Source: a virus
Length of the DNA stretch: 64,000 nucleotides
Reading direction: 5' to 3' (one strand)
IMG/VR virus record: IMGVR_UViG_3300017991_000051
Coordinates: 1 to 64,000 of that record
In this document: positions 17,984 to 27,965 of the stretch, one piece after another
Numbering within the stretch: position 1 is the first letter of the stretch
Layout: each line of letters begins with the position of its first letter
Position numbers and translations under genes: made by a program
The notes under the pieces: generated by a model
What the model saw: only the letters and a program-made list of their open reading frames with translations
Databases searched by the model: none
What the model was told of the DNA's origin: nothing

Positions 17984-18340
17984 TCAGGCGACCTGTGATT
18001 TACGTTCCGCCTTCCACCGATCGTAATCATCTTCATCACGGCGATGGCTTTCGTAAGGTATCTGCTCCAAAAAAGTGGCGTCAACGTCCACCAAGCAGAA
18101 GCCATCGTTGGCCTGCCATATAGCGCGTGCCAGCCTGTCGGTGAATTCCTCCTCCGACTCGCCCCCGCAGAGATTATCCTTACCGTTAGCGATCAGCTCC
18201 GGAAGTTCACCGTTTGCGACGGCCTGTGTGAATGTATCTCGGTCGAAGTCCCACTCTGCCGTACACGCCTCGACGATGGCATCTTCCTTGTCTAGATTGT
18301 GTCCCGTCACCTTCACGTACATTTCATAATACCTACTCAT
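17984..18340 (-). CDS. acidic hypothetical phage protein
   Basis: 118-aa ORF. Confidence 0.6.
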   Translation of the reverse strand: MSRYYEMYVKVTGHNLDKEDAIVEACTAEWDFDRDTFTQAVANGELPELIANGKDNLCGGESEEEFTDRLARAIWQANDGFCLVDVDATFLEQIPYESHRRDEDDYDRWKAERKSQVA

Positions 18341-18725
18341 CTTTCGTCTCCACATTCTGCAGATACTTCGGCATGTCGTCGATCTCCGGCGGCAGTATGC
18401 CGCGCTTGACAACCTCCTCGTTGTGGATGATAAACATGATATTACACGCTATCGCTGCGAGGTGATCTTCATCCGTCTTCCCTTGATTCCACCACATGAT
18501 GTGTCGCCTGAGCGACGCATAGCACCGCGAAATCGGTATGCCTTTCTCCCAGTTTCTGTCGGCGTACCGCTTGGCACCGAGCATAAGCCAGTTCCCGAGG
18601 CGCTCCTCGAAGAACGGACTGATAAGGTCAGGGCGGGGCTTATCCTCCGATACGTCCCGAACCGCTCCGGTTTGGAACTGCTGCTCCTTCCCCGACGATT
18701 TCACACGATCAAACTTTTTTCCCAT
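18333..18725 (-). CDS. dATP/dGTP diphosphohydrolase-like (DUF5664 family)
   Basis: TGAVRD..KPRPDLI, GAKRY..RNWEKG, DHLAAI.CNIMF. Confidence 0.8.
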   Translation of the reverse strand: MGKKFDRVKSSGKEQQFQTGAVRDVSEDKPRPDLISPFFEERLGNWLMLGAKRYADRNWEKGIPISRCYASLRRHIMWWNQGKTDEDHLAAIACNIMFIIHNEEVVKRGILPPEIDDMPKYLQNVETKDE

Positions 18726-19851
18726 CGTACAGATCCTCCTCCAATATGTTAATGATACGTTCCGCCGCATGCCCGTCCCCATAGGGGTTAACGGCCTTCG
18801 ACATCCTCTCCCGTTCTTCCGGATGCTCCACCAGCAGGTCGAGCATCGCCGCGATCTTCAGGTAGTCGGTACCCACCAGCCGACACGTGCCGGCATCAAC
18901 ACCCTCCGGCCGCTCCGTCTTATCTCGCAGGACGAGAACCGGAACACCCAGTGACGGTGCTTCCTCCTGAACGCCCCCTGAGTCCGTGAGGATGAACAGG
19001 GCGTGTTTCATCGCATGTGCGAAGGTCACGTAGTCCAGCGGCTCTGACAGTATCACGTTCTTGACGCCGTCGAGGATCTCGTACGCCGGCACCTTCACCT
19101 CCGGATTGGGGTGTACTGGATACCAGAACCGTAGATCCTTATGAACTGTTGCAAAATCTGCAACAGCTGAGAATACCTCTCGGATTGGTGTCCCGAACGC
19201 CTCGCGGCGGTGACAGGTCATCAGCACGTAAGGCTGATCCTTCATCTCCACGACGCCCGGCGTATGTATCGTAACCGCCCCCGGCCACTCTGTTGTCGCG
19301 AGGATGTGCTGCAGGGCGTCGATCGATGTGTTACCCACGTTGTGGATAGCCCCCTCATCGACGTGCTCGTCCAGCAGGTTACTCACCGCCGTTATCGTGG
19401 GCGCAAAGTGCCATTTTGTTGCTAACGCCGCAACACGGCGGTTGAACTCCTCCGGCCGCGGCGCGTCCATATCCCATGTACGCAGGCCGGCCTCCACGTG
19501 CCCGAACGGGATCTTCATGTAGAAACATACCATGGCAGCAGCCGTCACCGTCATGGTGTCGCCTTGTGCCAGTACCGCCCTCGGCGGATCGGTTTGGAAG
19601 GCCGCGCGTAGCTTATCGACCGCGGCTCGGAAGAAATCCAGAGTAGTCTGGTTTTCCTCCATCAGGTCGTAGTCGATAGCTGGCTCGATCTGGAAGGCCT
19701 CCAGCGCCTGCTTCAGCAGCTCGTCGTGCTGACCTGTCGAGATCAGCTTGTGGGGAATGTCCCGGTTCATTAGTTGGTGCACAACCGGCGCCATCTTAAT
19801 GGCCTCCGGCCGCGTACCGATTACGATGTGAATCCTTTTCCTTTTGGACAT
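18709..19851 (-). CDS. wecB: UDP-N-acetylglucosamine 2-epimerase (non-hydrolysing)
   Basis: GTRPEAIKMAP, TGQH, QGDT, HVEAGLRT, PEEFNR, TDSGGVQEEAP, ERPE, NPYGDG. Confidence 0.95.
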   Translation of the reverse strand: MSKRKRIHIVIGTRPEAIKMAPVVHQLMNRDIPHKLISTGQHDELLKQALEAFQIEPAIDYDLMEENQTTLDFFRAAVDKLRAAFQTDPPRAVLAQGDTMTVTAAAMVCFYMKIPFGHVEAGLRTWDMDAPRPEEFNRRVAALATKWHFAPTITAVSNLLDEHVDEGAIHNVGNTSIDALQHILATTEWPGAVTIHTPGVVEMKDQPYVLMTCHRREAFGTPIREVFSAVADFATVHKDLRFWYPVHPNPEVKVPAYEILDGVKNVILSEPLDYVTFAHAMKHALFILTDSGGVQEEAPSLGVPVLVLRDKTERPEGVDAGTCRLVGTDYLKIAAMLDLLVEHPEERERMSKAVNPYGDGHAAERIINILEEDLYDGKKV

Positions 19852-20375
19852 ACTACCTGTACCACCCTCCACGTTACCTGCGCGCGCCCAGGTACCTTCG
19901 GCTCCGCCACCTCGTGGATCAACCGGTACCGGAAGTTGCGCTTCAGTACTTTCAGAAATTGTTTGAAATGACGGAAGTCATCTATGAGTAGAATCGTTCC
20001 CTGCCTGACATGCGAACGCAGCAGCGGATACCACTGCGTACGCGTGAGTCCCGCCGGCCCGTCGATGATGACGAGGTCGTAGATGCCTTTCACAAGCTTC
20101 TTAGGGAAGTCCGTCCAGAACACGGTCTGCACCTTCGGGTGGTCGCACACGAATCGCTCGTCGTTCTCGTACGTTACGTACTTGAACCTGATGCCCTTCC
20201 TGTTCAGCATACGCGCCATGACGTACGTCCCCTTACCGGAGCCGAACTCCAGTATCTTGAGGACGCGCCGATAGGTCACATGCGACAGCGCCGTGTACAC
20301 CTGTTCGGGGTTTAGACTCCACCTGCCAGGGAAATTCTCGCAGTCCTTCTCTGTTATCCTCAACTCCATATGCAT
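19821..20375 (-). CDS. class I SAM-dependent methyltransferase
   Basis: ILEFGSG, DLVIIDGP, LIDD. Confidence 0.75.
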   Translation of the reverse strand: MHMELRITEKDCENFPGRWSLNPEQVYTALSHVTYRRVLKILEFGSGKGTYVMARMLNRKGIRFKYVTYENDERFVCDHPKVQTVFWTDFPKKLVKGIYDLVIIDGPAGLTRTQWYPLLRSHVRQGTILLIDDFRHFKQFLKVLKRNFRYRLIHEVAEPKVPGRAQVTWRVVQVVCPKGKGFTS

Positions 20376-21025
20376 ACCCTCTTCCTCGTCGGTCGTGTCT
20401 TGATATGGTAGCCACGGGTCGGATGCCCGTGTATCTTCATATCCAGCACGGATCCAATATCCAACACGATCTGCTTGCGGGGCGCCCGCGTCCAATAGTC
20501 ATGAATGAGCCGGCACTTCAACGGACCGGCCGCGATCAAGATCGTCTTCCTTACCTTGAATAACTCGCGCAGTAACGCGTCATGGTCGTACGGGTTCTCA
20601 ATAGCGTTCTTCGGTACGCGGATGTCGCCCTTCCGGCACGACACCAGTACGTACTCCGATCGGTCAAGCGCCTTGAACTTCTGCATGAAACGTACCCAGT
20701 TCGCGTTCACAAACAGGTTGGCGTACGTGAGCCGCCGGCGTGGAACGTTCACGTGCTTCAAGTACCACTGGTGTGCCTTCTTATCACAACAGGGACACGA
20801 GATCCCGATGAATAGACCGGGGAGATTCGCCGCAATCGCGCGGTCCACGCCCTTCGCTATCTCGGAGTCGGAGCCGTCATACTTCCACTCGCCACAGGTC
20901 ACGATCGGCCGTCGGTCGCAGAACGCGCGCTCCCCGTCCCCAAAGCGTATGAACGCGTACGGCTTCCCCCTGAAATAGATCTGCTCCAGATCACTGCGAA
21001 AATCCTGTGTGAATCGGATAGGCAT
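20360..21025 (-). CDS. GT-D fold glycosyltransferase-like protein (DUF1792-like)
   Basis: FIRFGDGE, AAGP, LDIGSVLD. Confidence 0.7.
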   Translation of the reverse strand: MPIRFTQDFRSDLEQIYFRGKPYAFIRFGDGERAFCDRRPIVTCGEWKYDGSDSEIAKGVDRAIAANLPGLFIGISCPCCDKKAHQWYLKHVNVPRRRLTYANLFVNANWVRFMQKFKALDRSEYVLVSCRKGDIRVPKNAIENPYDHDALLRELFKVRKTILIAAGPLKCRLIHDYWTRAPRKQIVLDIGSVLDMKIHGHPTRGYHIKTRPTRKRVCIWS

Positions 21026-21645
21026 TATTTCCTCCTCAGCTCCCAGTTGGGTCCGTGTCCTACGCGCCTGTATGCTGGGAACTCCTTCATGCACCGGCGC
21101 ACCGCTTCCTTCACGCCACCGCGGGACCAGTCGTCACCGACTATAGCCGCCTTCGGGAAATACTTCAGCGCCGCGGAGATGTCCGCATAGGCGCCCTCAT
21201 AATCGTGTGCGGCGTCGATGTATAGCAGGTCCGGCTCGAATCCCATGTCGTGTATGATCGACAGCGCTGTCGTCGAGTCTTCACGCATGGCCACCAATCG
21301 ATGTCGGTAGTTCCAGCAGTTGACAACGAACGTTTCGTACAGGACGGGCAACACATCTCGCCATTTATCCTCGTCTTGGTGTTCGTCCGACCCCCGCCAA
21401 TGATCTACGGAGATGCCCATGGAGTTGGGCGCACTGTCGAGCATCCAGCGCATGGAAGCCCCCAGCCAGCTACCCAGCTCCACGACCAGTCGAGTACCGG
21501 TTGTCAGATGTTTCTGTAATGACTTACGATCGGCCCGGTTGAAGAAGCCGTGGTCATTCGGCGCCACGGCCGGCTTCTCCCTCGGCCACGGGTAGGACCT
21601 TGTCAGTTCGTCCAGTTTGTTTCTCAAGCCAGCCATCGTTTCCAC
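21025..21645 (-). CDS. class I SAM methyltransferase (Methyltransf_24-like)
   Basis: VELGSWLGAS, VDHW, YIDAAHDY, GDDW. Confidence 0.85.
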   Translation of the reverse strand: METMAGLRNKLDELTRSYPWPREKPAVAPNDHGFFNRADRKSLQKHLTTGTRLVVELGSWLGASMRWMLDSAPNSMGISVDHWRGSDEHQDEDKWRDVLPVLYETFVVNCWNYRHRLVAMREDSTTALSIIHDMGFEPDLLYIDAAHDYEGAYADISAALKYFPKAAIVGDDWSRGGVKEAVRRCMKEFPAYRRVGHGPNWELRRK

Positions 21646-22442
21646 TCCTCCGTATTATCCAGTATTGCCGTCGGGTAGGTATCATCCACGGGCACCTTCT
21701 TCCACATGACGCCCTTGCCGCGCATCAGCACGTCGTGACCCTTCCGGATACATTCAATAATGTGTTTACGATTGGTGAAACGCGGCCGGTTGTAATGCTT
21801 GGCCGCAATGGACTGCAGCTTCTTCACGATCGCGCTCGGCGACATGAGGTAGCTGAAGTGGTGGCCGTTCGTGCGTATGACTTCCAGTTTCAGATCCTTC
21901 CTCGCGCCCTCACGCCACTTGCTCGACCACTCCCGACGCAGGTCATCGAAGGTGAGGCCGCTGGTCCGCAGGTACCGTCCGGTGACGGCGAAGCTGCTGT
22001 GCCACTGTGACCAATAACCCACCCCTGTGTAGTTGATTTTGTAACAATGGTTGTGTTGTCGGATGTGCACGTAACCTACCTTACTCGCACGATCGACAAT
22101 ACGCGGAATGTCCTGCCGGCGATGTACCTCGTCGAGATCCGACCAGATGATGACGTCGTCGTCCTTGAACCGGCGCATCAGCGCGTTGCGTTGCTCTCTC
22201 GCGTTCTTCCACGTGTTCACGGTGCTGATCTTCTTGAAGTGATGAAACACGGCCTCGACCTTCGGGATATTCAGGTACTGCTCCCGCGTCGGCAACCGCA
22301 GTGCGCGGGGCGTGCCGGAGAAGGTATAATCGCCCTCCACGATCAGCATCTTGTCCACGACGTCCAGCTCCTCCGCGAGCCGGAGGTCCAGCATCTGCCA
22401 CTCGTTCCTGAACTGGGTGCAACTGTAGATCATTTCCGCCAA
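21624..22442 (-). CDS. GT17-like glycosyltransferase
   Basis: NE..MLDLRL, VEGDYTFSG, EQRN, SDLDE, GHHFSY. Confidence 0.8.
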   Translation of the reverse strand: MAEMIYSCTQFRNEWQMLDLRLAEELDVVDKMLIVEGDYTFSGTPRALRLPTREQYLNIPKVEAVFHHFKKISTVNTWKNAREQRNALMRRFKDDDVIIWSDLDEVHRRQDIPRIVDRASKVGYVHIRQHNHCYKINYTGVGYWSQWHSSFAVTGRYLRTSGLTFDDLRREWSSKWREGARKDLKLEVIRTNGHHFSYLMSPSAIVKKLQSIAAKHYNRPRFTNRKHIIECIRKGHDVLMRGKGVMWKKVPVDDTYPTAILDNTEEWKRWLA

Positions 22443-22990
22443 CTGTCCCTGTCGTATCCGTACTTACTGAAATCGTTATGCGCCCAGCGGTATACCATGT
22501 CCGCTATCTTCCGCGTGTACAGCTTACGCCAGTCATCCTTCCCCAACCCCGCATTGAGTCGGGGGAGACGGACGCCCTTGGCGAATGGGAGGACCCTGAA
22601 AGCACGTGGCAGTTCCTCGAACCGCAGTAGATGATCCACGTGTACCGGACGTAGGAACCGTGCCTGCGTGATCTCCTTGAACAGTCGCGGCCTGGCGTTC
22701 GGATTGGTGAACCATCGCACATACCGCTCGAACGACCACTTGGATGCCCACGGGTACAACGCCGCCGTGTCATGCCGGCGCCGGTACATGTAGTAGGACG
22801 CCGCCCTCGAGTACGGGTTCCGGACGCAAGCCACCACCGGATATTTCTGGTAGCGCTTCGGAATCTCGTTCGAGTGCTGCTTCTTCTTCGTATAGTTCTT
22901 CGAGCAGCGCATAAACGCCTTGTGCATGCTCGTCGACGCCGTACGCGGTACAGCCACGAACACGAACCGCTTGTCATGCGATATCAACAT
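22430..22990 (-). CDS. sulfotransferase family protein
   Basis: PAPS-binding FVAVPRTASTS and VRNPYSRAASYY, LRFEEL. Confidence 0.85.
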   Translation of the reverse strand: MLISHDKRFVFVAVPRTASTSMHKAFMRCSKNYTKKKQHSNEIPKRYQKYPVVACVRNPYSRAASYYMYRRRHDTAALYPWASKWSFERYVRWFTNPNARPRLFKEITQARFLRPVHVDHLLRFEELPRAFRVLPFAKGVRLPRLNAGLGKDDWRKLYTRKIADMVYRWAHNDFSKYGYDRDSWRK

Positions 22991-22993
22991 CGT

Positions 22994-23623
22994 CTATCCC
23001 CTGTAGCCGTATTGTTGTACCAACGCGTTGAACTGTGCCCGCACCCGCGGGTTGACAATGTCCGACTGCTTCAGCGTCTTGTGCCGTCCCCGTGTATTCG
23101 TCGTCCGCGATATACCAGTTATCGACTTCGCCCCCAACAGCCTTGTCAGATCCGCAAGCGTCGACTCAACGGGGTATACAATACGTCCGCGCTTACCGCA
23201 AGCTTGTTCGATACGGCGTGTCCACGTCACTATCCAGTACGCGATCGCCGTCACCTCGTTCTGATAGAGGAGGATGTCCGGCAGATGTTCACGGATGAAA
23301 CGCGCGTACGGGCTCGAACTGCGCGGGTTAAGCACGTGCCTGAAGAAATGGATGGATCGATATGACGACAGTACGTCGATAGGATGGCGCGTAGCATGGA
23401 TGACGACCGCCTCCGGAAACTTGCCCAGGAAGGGGACGGCCATCCAACTGGCATCCGCGCTCAGCCACGGATATCGTTTGAGGCGCGCCGGTATGTTCTT
23501 CATACCCCCGGGCGTGAAGATCCGCTCGTGGCCGCAGGCTATACCGGCATTCGTCATCAACTTGGACATGTAGCCCGTGCCGCACCTGCCAGTCCCGGTA
23601 ACAATGTACTTCAGTGCCCTCAT
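22994..23623 (-). CDS. sulfotransferase-like protein
   Basis: VTGTGRCGT, CGHE, RHPIDVLSS. Confidence 0.7.
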   Translation of the reverse strand: MRALKYIVTGTGRCGTGYMSKLMTNAGIACGHERIFTPGGMKNIPARLKRYPWLSADASWMAVPFLGKFPEAVVIHATRHPIDVLSSYRSIHFFRHVLNPRSSSPYARFIREHLPDILLYQNEVTAIAYWIVTWTRRIEQACGKRGRIVYPVESTLADLTRLLGAKSITGISRTTNTRGRHKTLKQSDIVNPRVRAQFNALVQQYGYRG

Positions 23624-24192
23624 CGCCGCCTCCAGCTCCGTAGGCCGTAACCGTACAGTTTGAAATCCTGCGCCGCCCACTCCGCGACCCGGCGCGCGAT
23701 AGCCGCCGTGTAGAATGGTTGCCACGGCTTTGATTTCAGGCAAGCGTTCCGGTTCGGTAGACTAACGCCCGTCTTCTTCACGATGGGAATCTTGTAGAAC
23801 GCATCAGGGAGATCCTCGAAGCGTAACAGCATATCCACACGCACGCTATGCAGGTGTGTCGACACCGGCTTGTCGTGGAAGTCGTGTGGAGGGATCTCCC
23901 GCGAAGTACTCCATCGGATGTATTTCGCAAAACCCCAGTCTTTCACCCACGGGTAGAGCGCGTTGGCCGGCTTCGTATGCCGGTACAGATAATGGGACAC
24001 CTCCCGAGAATAGGGGTTGCGCGTGAAGGCGATCGTGAAGAACTTGCGGTACTGCTGCGGGATCTTCATATCGTGTTTGCCGGTGTAGATCGCACCGGGC
24101 CCAGCTACGCTCCGGAGGGCCACGTACATAGACGTAGTCCCCGTCCTCGGTATACCGAGGAATACGAACTTGTGCTTTGGTGATATCAGCAT
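23620..24192 (-). CDS. sulfotransferase family protein (paralog of 22430-22990)
   Basis: FLGIPRTGTTS, RNPYSREVSHY, LRFEDL. Confidence 0.85.
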   Translation of the reverse strand: MLISPKHKFVFLGIPRTGTTSMYVALRSVAGPGAIYTGKHDMKIPQQYRKFFTIAFTRNPYSREVSHYLYRHTKPANALYPWVKDWGFAKYIRWSTSREIPPHDFHDKPVSTHLHSVRVDMLLRFEDLPDAFYKIPIVKKTGVSLPNRNACLKSKPWQPFYTAAIARRVAEWAAQDFKLYGYGLRSWRRR

Positions 24193-24194
24193 CG

Positions 24195-24785
24195 TTACTT
24201 CCTCAACACGCAACAGAATACCATCCGGCGTGTCGATGACTGCACCTGCTTGGCATGTGCCGCCGGCTCCACGAGTATGTCCGCCGGCCGCGACCAGCGT
24301 ACCCTGCCGGCGAAGGAAAAGATAGAGTGTGCTACTGCGTTACGCCACGCCGGTAACCGGATGGTTGGGACGTCCAGTGTCACGATCACCCACCCCGTCC
24401 GCTTCAGTACCCGGTCGAACTCCGCCAAGGCTCCCTGCAGATCCTTCATATGCTCGAGGACGCTGATGCACACGATCTTATCGACGCTCTCCGTCTCGAT
24501 CGGCATGTCGGTGAGGGACGCCTGAACCAGCTCCAAGTTCGGATGCTTGTGCTTCAACGACAGCAAGCGCATATCGGTATCAACGGCATAGACCCTCCGT
24601 GCGTGTTCGGCCAGCCAGTACTTGAAGAAGTGGGTGATGCCGCAGCCGGCGTCGACCACGACGTCGTTCATCCTGATGAACTTCGCTGCCCACGGATACT
24701 CGTATCGACGTGACCACCATTCATCAGGAATATTGTAGCCGCCCAAGCTCTTTTGACAGCCGGACTTCGTAGCAAAGCCGTTCAT
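24195..24785 (-). CDS. class I SAM methyltransferase (Methyltransf_11-like)
   Basis: WSRRYEYPW, VDAGCG, CISVLEH, RVLKRTG. Confidence 0.85.
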   Translation of the reverse strand: MNGFATKSGCQKSLGGYNIPDEWWSRRYEYPWAAKFIRMNDVVVDAGCGITHFFKYWLAEHARRVYAVDTDMRLLSLKHKHPNLELVQASLTDMPIETESVDKIVCISVLEHMKDLQGALAEFDRVLKRTGWVIVTLDVPTIRLPAWRNAVAHSIFSFAGRVRWSRPADILVEPAAHAKQVQSSTRRMVFCCVLRK

Positions 24786-24797
24786 ATGGCCCTCCTC

Positions 24798-25550
24798 CTA
24801 TATGTTCACCAGCGTGGGCATCCTCAATGCTTTCGCCGCTGCACGCAGCGACATGGACCGCGTAACCTTCCGTCGGTCCCGCAGCATACGCACGTTGTTG
24901 GCGATGTTGAACGCGTGGACGATGATCACCCACCCGGGCGGCTCCGCCACTTGGACCTTCGGGTACTTCCGTGCGATGGCTATGTGCGTCCCGCCGTAGT
25001 ACACGGTATTCACCGTCTTGGCCGGTTCCACGAGGCTGATGAACATGCTTGCATTGTGCTTCAGTTCGTACACAAGGCGGGTTGCGGTGTTCACGCCGAA
25101 GCCGTGCTTGAAGTTGATGACGCGGCGCTTCCCATCCTTTAGGGTCCCGCAGCGTATCGCCCTCCGTTTGGTGATCGCAACGAACGATGGGTGCAGTCCG
25201 TCGTCGCTATCCAAGCGGCTGGTCACAATGATCGTCTGCTTGTGTTTCCTCGCACGTATCCAGTTACGGAAGGCAATGGACGGGTAGACGCCGAAGGGAA
25301 CCGGCACCAGCACCATGTTCTTGTAGGCCGCTGCCATCTTCCTCAATGCTCGACGCTGGCGTATGGGCGTCTTGTCGTAGATACCCACCAACCATGTAAA
25401 GTTCTGGTCCGTCTGGTGCTTCACGGACGGTAAGGTGACATTCCGGAACACGGCCATGCGGTGCCGACACCACGCCGGGGTCTGCCGCTTGATGTGCGCC
25501 TGTCGGTACACGCAGTTGTACCGCGTGAGTATGTAATGTTTTACCGGCAT
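24798..25550 (-). CDS. putative rhamnosyltransferase-like GT-A protein
   Basis: ILTRYN, TLPSV..QTDQNFTWL, SRLDSDD. Confidence 0.75.
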   Translation of the reverse strand: MPVKHYILTRYNCVYRQAHIKRQTPAWCRHRMAVFRNVTLPSVKHQTDQNFTWLVGIYDKTPIRQRRALRKMAAAYKNMVLVPVPFGVYPSIAFRNWIRARKHKQTIIVTSRLDSDDGLHPSFVAITKRRAIRCGTLKDGKRRVINFKHGFGVNTATRLVYELKHNASMFISLVEPAKTVNTVYYGGTHIAIARKYPKVQVAEPPGWVIIVHAFNIANNVRMLRDRRKVTRSMSLRAAAKALRMPTLVNI

Positions 25551-26254
25551 GTCGGCAGCCTCCCCACGTGTTTCATGTACCGCCTGTACTTCACATTATC
25601 GATCGCCTTCGGATGCTTGAAATTCCTGTCGCCGACGTGGTCGATGATAGCCGGCGGATAACACCAGCCGACCTTCCAACCCTTGATCCTCTTCTGGTAG
25701 TCGCCCCACCCGAACAGTTTGTTGCGTCCGCGCATCCGCTTCGGCCCGAACACCTCCCGGCGGGCGAGGAACCTGCCGCCTACGAACTTGGCGGGGAAGT
25801 AACCCATGCCATTACGCTTCACGGCGGTACGGCCCTTCGGATCCAGTATGCTGTGCCCCAAGCCCGGTGATTGTGCTCCTACGACACCCAGCTTCGGACA
25901 CGTAGTCAGCGCATTGAGCATCTTACCGAGCCAGCCGTGTGTGAAAATACTATCGTTGTCGATCTTCCCGATAAAGGGTGCGCCCGTAGTGAGCGTAAAC
26001 CTGAAATCCTCAAAACCACCGACAACTCCGGCGTTCCGCTTCCGCACCTTCAGCTTGGTCACGACATCCGGGTTACGTACCATGAAGGATCGGATACGGT
26101 CGACGGCGCCATCCGCCGATGCGTTGTCGAGGATAACGAAGTTCACATGACTCCAGTCTATCCCCGCCGGCGTATGGAGAAGCGACTCCAACGTCATCAT
26201 CGTATACTCCCACCGGTTGTAGGAGAGCATTACTAAGTCTATCAGGTGCTTCAT
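25541..26254 (-). CDS. GT2-family glycosyltransferase
   Basis: SYNR, LDNASADG, NAG, KIDND. Confidence 0.8.
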   Translation of the reverse strand: MKHLIDLVMLSYNRWEYTMMTLESLLHTPAGIDWSHVNFVILDNASADGAVDRIRSFMVRNPDVVTKLKVRKRNAGVVGGFEDFRFTLTTGAPFIGKIDNDSIFTHGWLGKMLNALTTCPKLGVVGAQSPGLGHSILDPKGRTAVKRNGMGYFPAKFVGGRFLARREVFGPKRMRGRNKLFGWGDYQKRIKGWKVGWCYPPAIIDHVGDRNFKHPKAIDNVKYRRYMKHVGRLPTCR

Positions 26255-26298
26255 CGACGCCTCTTCAATCGACGCAACTGCGCCGCGCGGTTACCGCC

Positions 26299-27036
26299 TC
26301 ATTTCTTACCCTTCCGCATGGCCAACGTCTTCCACCCGGATTTGATGTACTGGCCGTGCATCACCGTCTTCTTCGCTACCTCTCCCTTCACACGCCATAA
26401 CGAATGTTCATCGCGGCCGATCGTACCCCCGTAGAGTGACCCCCACATGCGTTTACAGTTAGGAGGGTGGGGTGGTACGTATGTACCGAGCCGTAGATGC
26501 TTCTGCAGCGCCACGCTGAAATGGTAGTCCTCGCCGAACGTGGGTCCGCCCTGTCGTGGCTCCAGCGCATAGTAGCGTAGCCAGTCACGGCGGAAGAACC
26601 AGCTGTGACCGACGAGATCGACCTCTTCCACCTTCGTATTCGGATTCCGCCAGCCGAAGCGGACGTAGGGTGTTCGTCGCGAACACTTGAATCGGAGACC
26701 GATGGTACCGAGCAACCCCTTATGCGTCCGCATCGTCTTCATGCAGTTCTCCAACCACATAACGCCGGGGATCGTATCGTCGTCGAAGACGCAGATGAAT
26801 TCCGACTTCATCTCCATCCCCGCGAGGAACCGAGGCCATACCCCCATATTCGGTTTGGCATAGATGTGCCGAACACCCTTCAGCAACGCCGGATCCAGTG
26901 AAACCTCCGGCTTCGCCGCATTCTGCCACAACATTATTTCCGTTGGTTTGATAGTCTGCGAACGAAGCGCTTCCAACTGCATCGGTATCGAGTCAGGGCG
27001 TTTGTACAACGTCAGTATGCAACCGATATGAGGCAT
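26299..27036 (-). CDS. GT-A fold glycosyltransferase
   Basis: LYKRP, QT..P, FDDD, VDLVGHSWF, GED. Confidence 0.8.
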   Translation of the reverse strand: MPHIGCILTLYKRPDSIPMQLEALRSQTIKPTEIMLWQNAAKPEVSLDPALLKGVRHIYAKPNMGVWPRFLAGMEMKSEFICVFDDDTIPGVMWLENCMKTMRTHKGLLGTIGLRFKCSRRTPYVRFGWRNPNTKVEEVDLVGHSWFFRRDWLRYYALEPRQGGPTFGEDYHFSVALQKHLRLGTYVPPHPPNCKRMWGSLYGGTIGRDEHSLWRVKGEVAKKTVMHGQYIKSGWKTLAMRKGKK

Positions 27037-27041
27037 ATGGC

Positions 27042-27965
27042 TTACTCTCCCATTGTCCGCCATGCAGCGGTATTGCTGTACTTATATCCTCTCCGCATAG
27101 CCATCAGCCTGCGGTTGATCTTGGTCGCCTGCGGCGTAAAAATCGTGCTGTTGTCTCCCGTATGATCGACAAGGCTCGGCATGTGCACCTTCACACCCAT
27201 CGGCGGCTCCATGTGGTTACGGAATGTATCACCCACCACGTAATCCAGCGCGCGCACCGAATCGTGTTCTATGAACCGTTTGTTCTTCAATAGCTTATCG
27301 AGGGATTCGCGCGGGAAGCAGAGCGCGAGCGCGCCCCACAAACTCGTCGTCTTCCCGTAGAACCGTGCCTCCGTCCACCCGTACCCTGTAGCGGCCGGAG
27401 ATACCATAGCCGGACTCGTATAGGGTGAGAGGACGCCCAGCCTGTAACGGGGGATGCCGACACCCCTGTCGCAGCAGTTGAGCGTATGGGCCATGATCTC
27501 CTGCCCGGCCGTACACCATGAGATGTCGTCCTGCATGATCATGATCCACTCCGCTACGGTATTCGACAGCATCCACGTTGCACAACGTTTCCAGTTAGGG
27601 AAACAGCCGGTGATAGTCTTCTGCCGGAAGATCATCAGCTTGGGATCGCCACGAAGTAGCCGCTTGTCGGATACGGATCCGGCTTCGGTGAATATGTGGA
27701 CCGCCTGCTTGAAACCGGCCGCGCGCAGGCTGATTAGGGACGAATGTATCGTCGGATGTCCTGGCCGGTCCGCGGTGATCATCGCCAAGGCCAAACTCGG
27801 CGGCTTGTTCGGCGCCGAACACTGAAAGGTTGGTAGCTCGGTCATGCCCGTGCTCGACAGCACGGGCGGTCCGCTACGCTTCGACTGCTTGTGCTGCGCG
27901 CGTATGTGTACCAGCTTCTTCCTTAACTGTTTCGCTATATCGGGACGGCCTGTTCGTTTGATCAT
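27042..27965 (-). CDS. GT-A fold glycosyltransferase-like protein
   Basis: IMQDD, GALAL, PSLVDH.G. Confidence 0.65.
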   Translation of the reverse strand: MIKRTGRPDIAKQLRKKLVHIRAQHKQSKRSGPPVLSSTGMTELPTFQCSAPNKPPSLALAMITADRPGHPTIHSSLISLRAAGFKQAVHIFTEAGSVSDKRLLRGDPKLMIFRQKTITGCFPNWKRCATWMLSNTVAEWIMIMQDDISWCTAGQEIMAHTLNCCDRGVGIPRYRLGVLSPYTSPAMVSPAATGYGWTEARFYGKTTSLWGALALCFPRESLDKLLKNKRFIEHDSVRALDYVVGDTFRNHMEPPMGVKVHMPSLVDHTGDNSTIFTPQATKINRRLMAMRRGYKYSNTAAWRTMGE

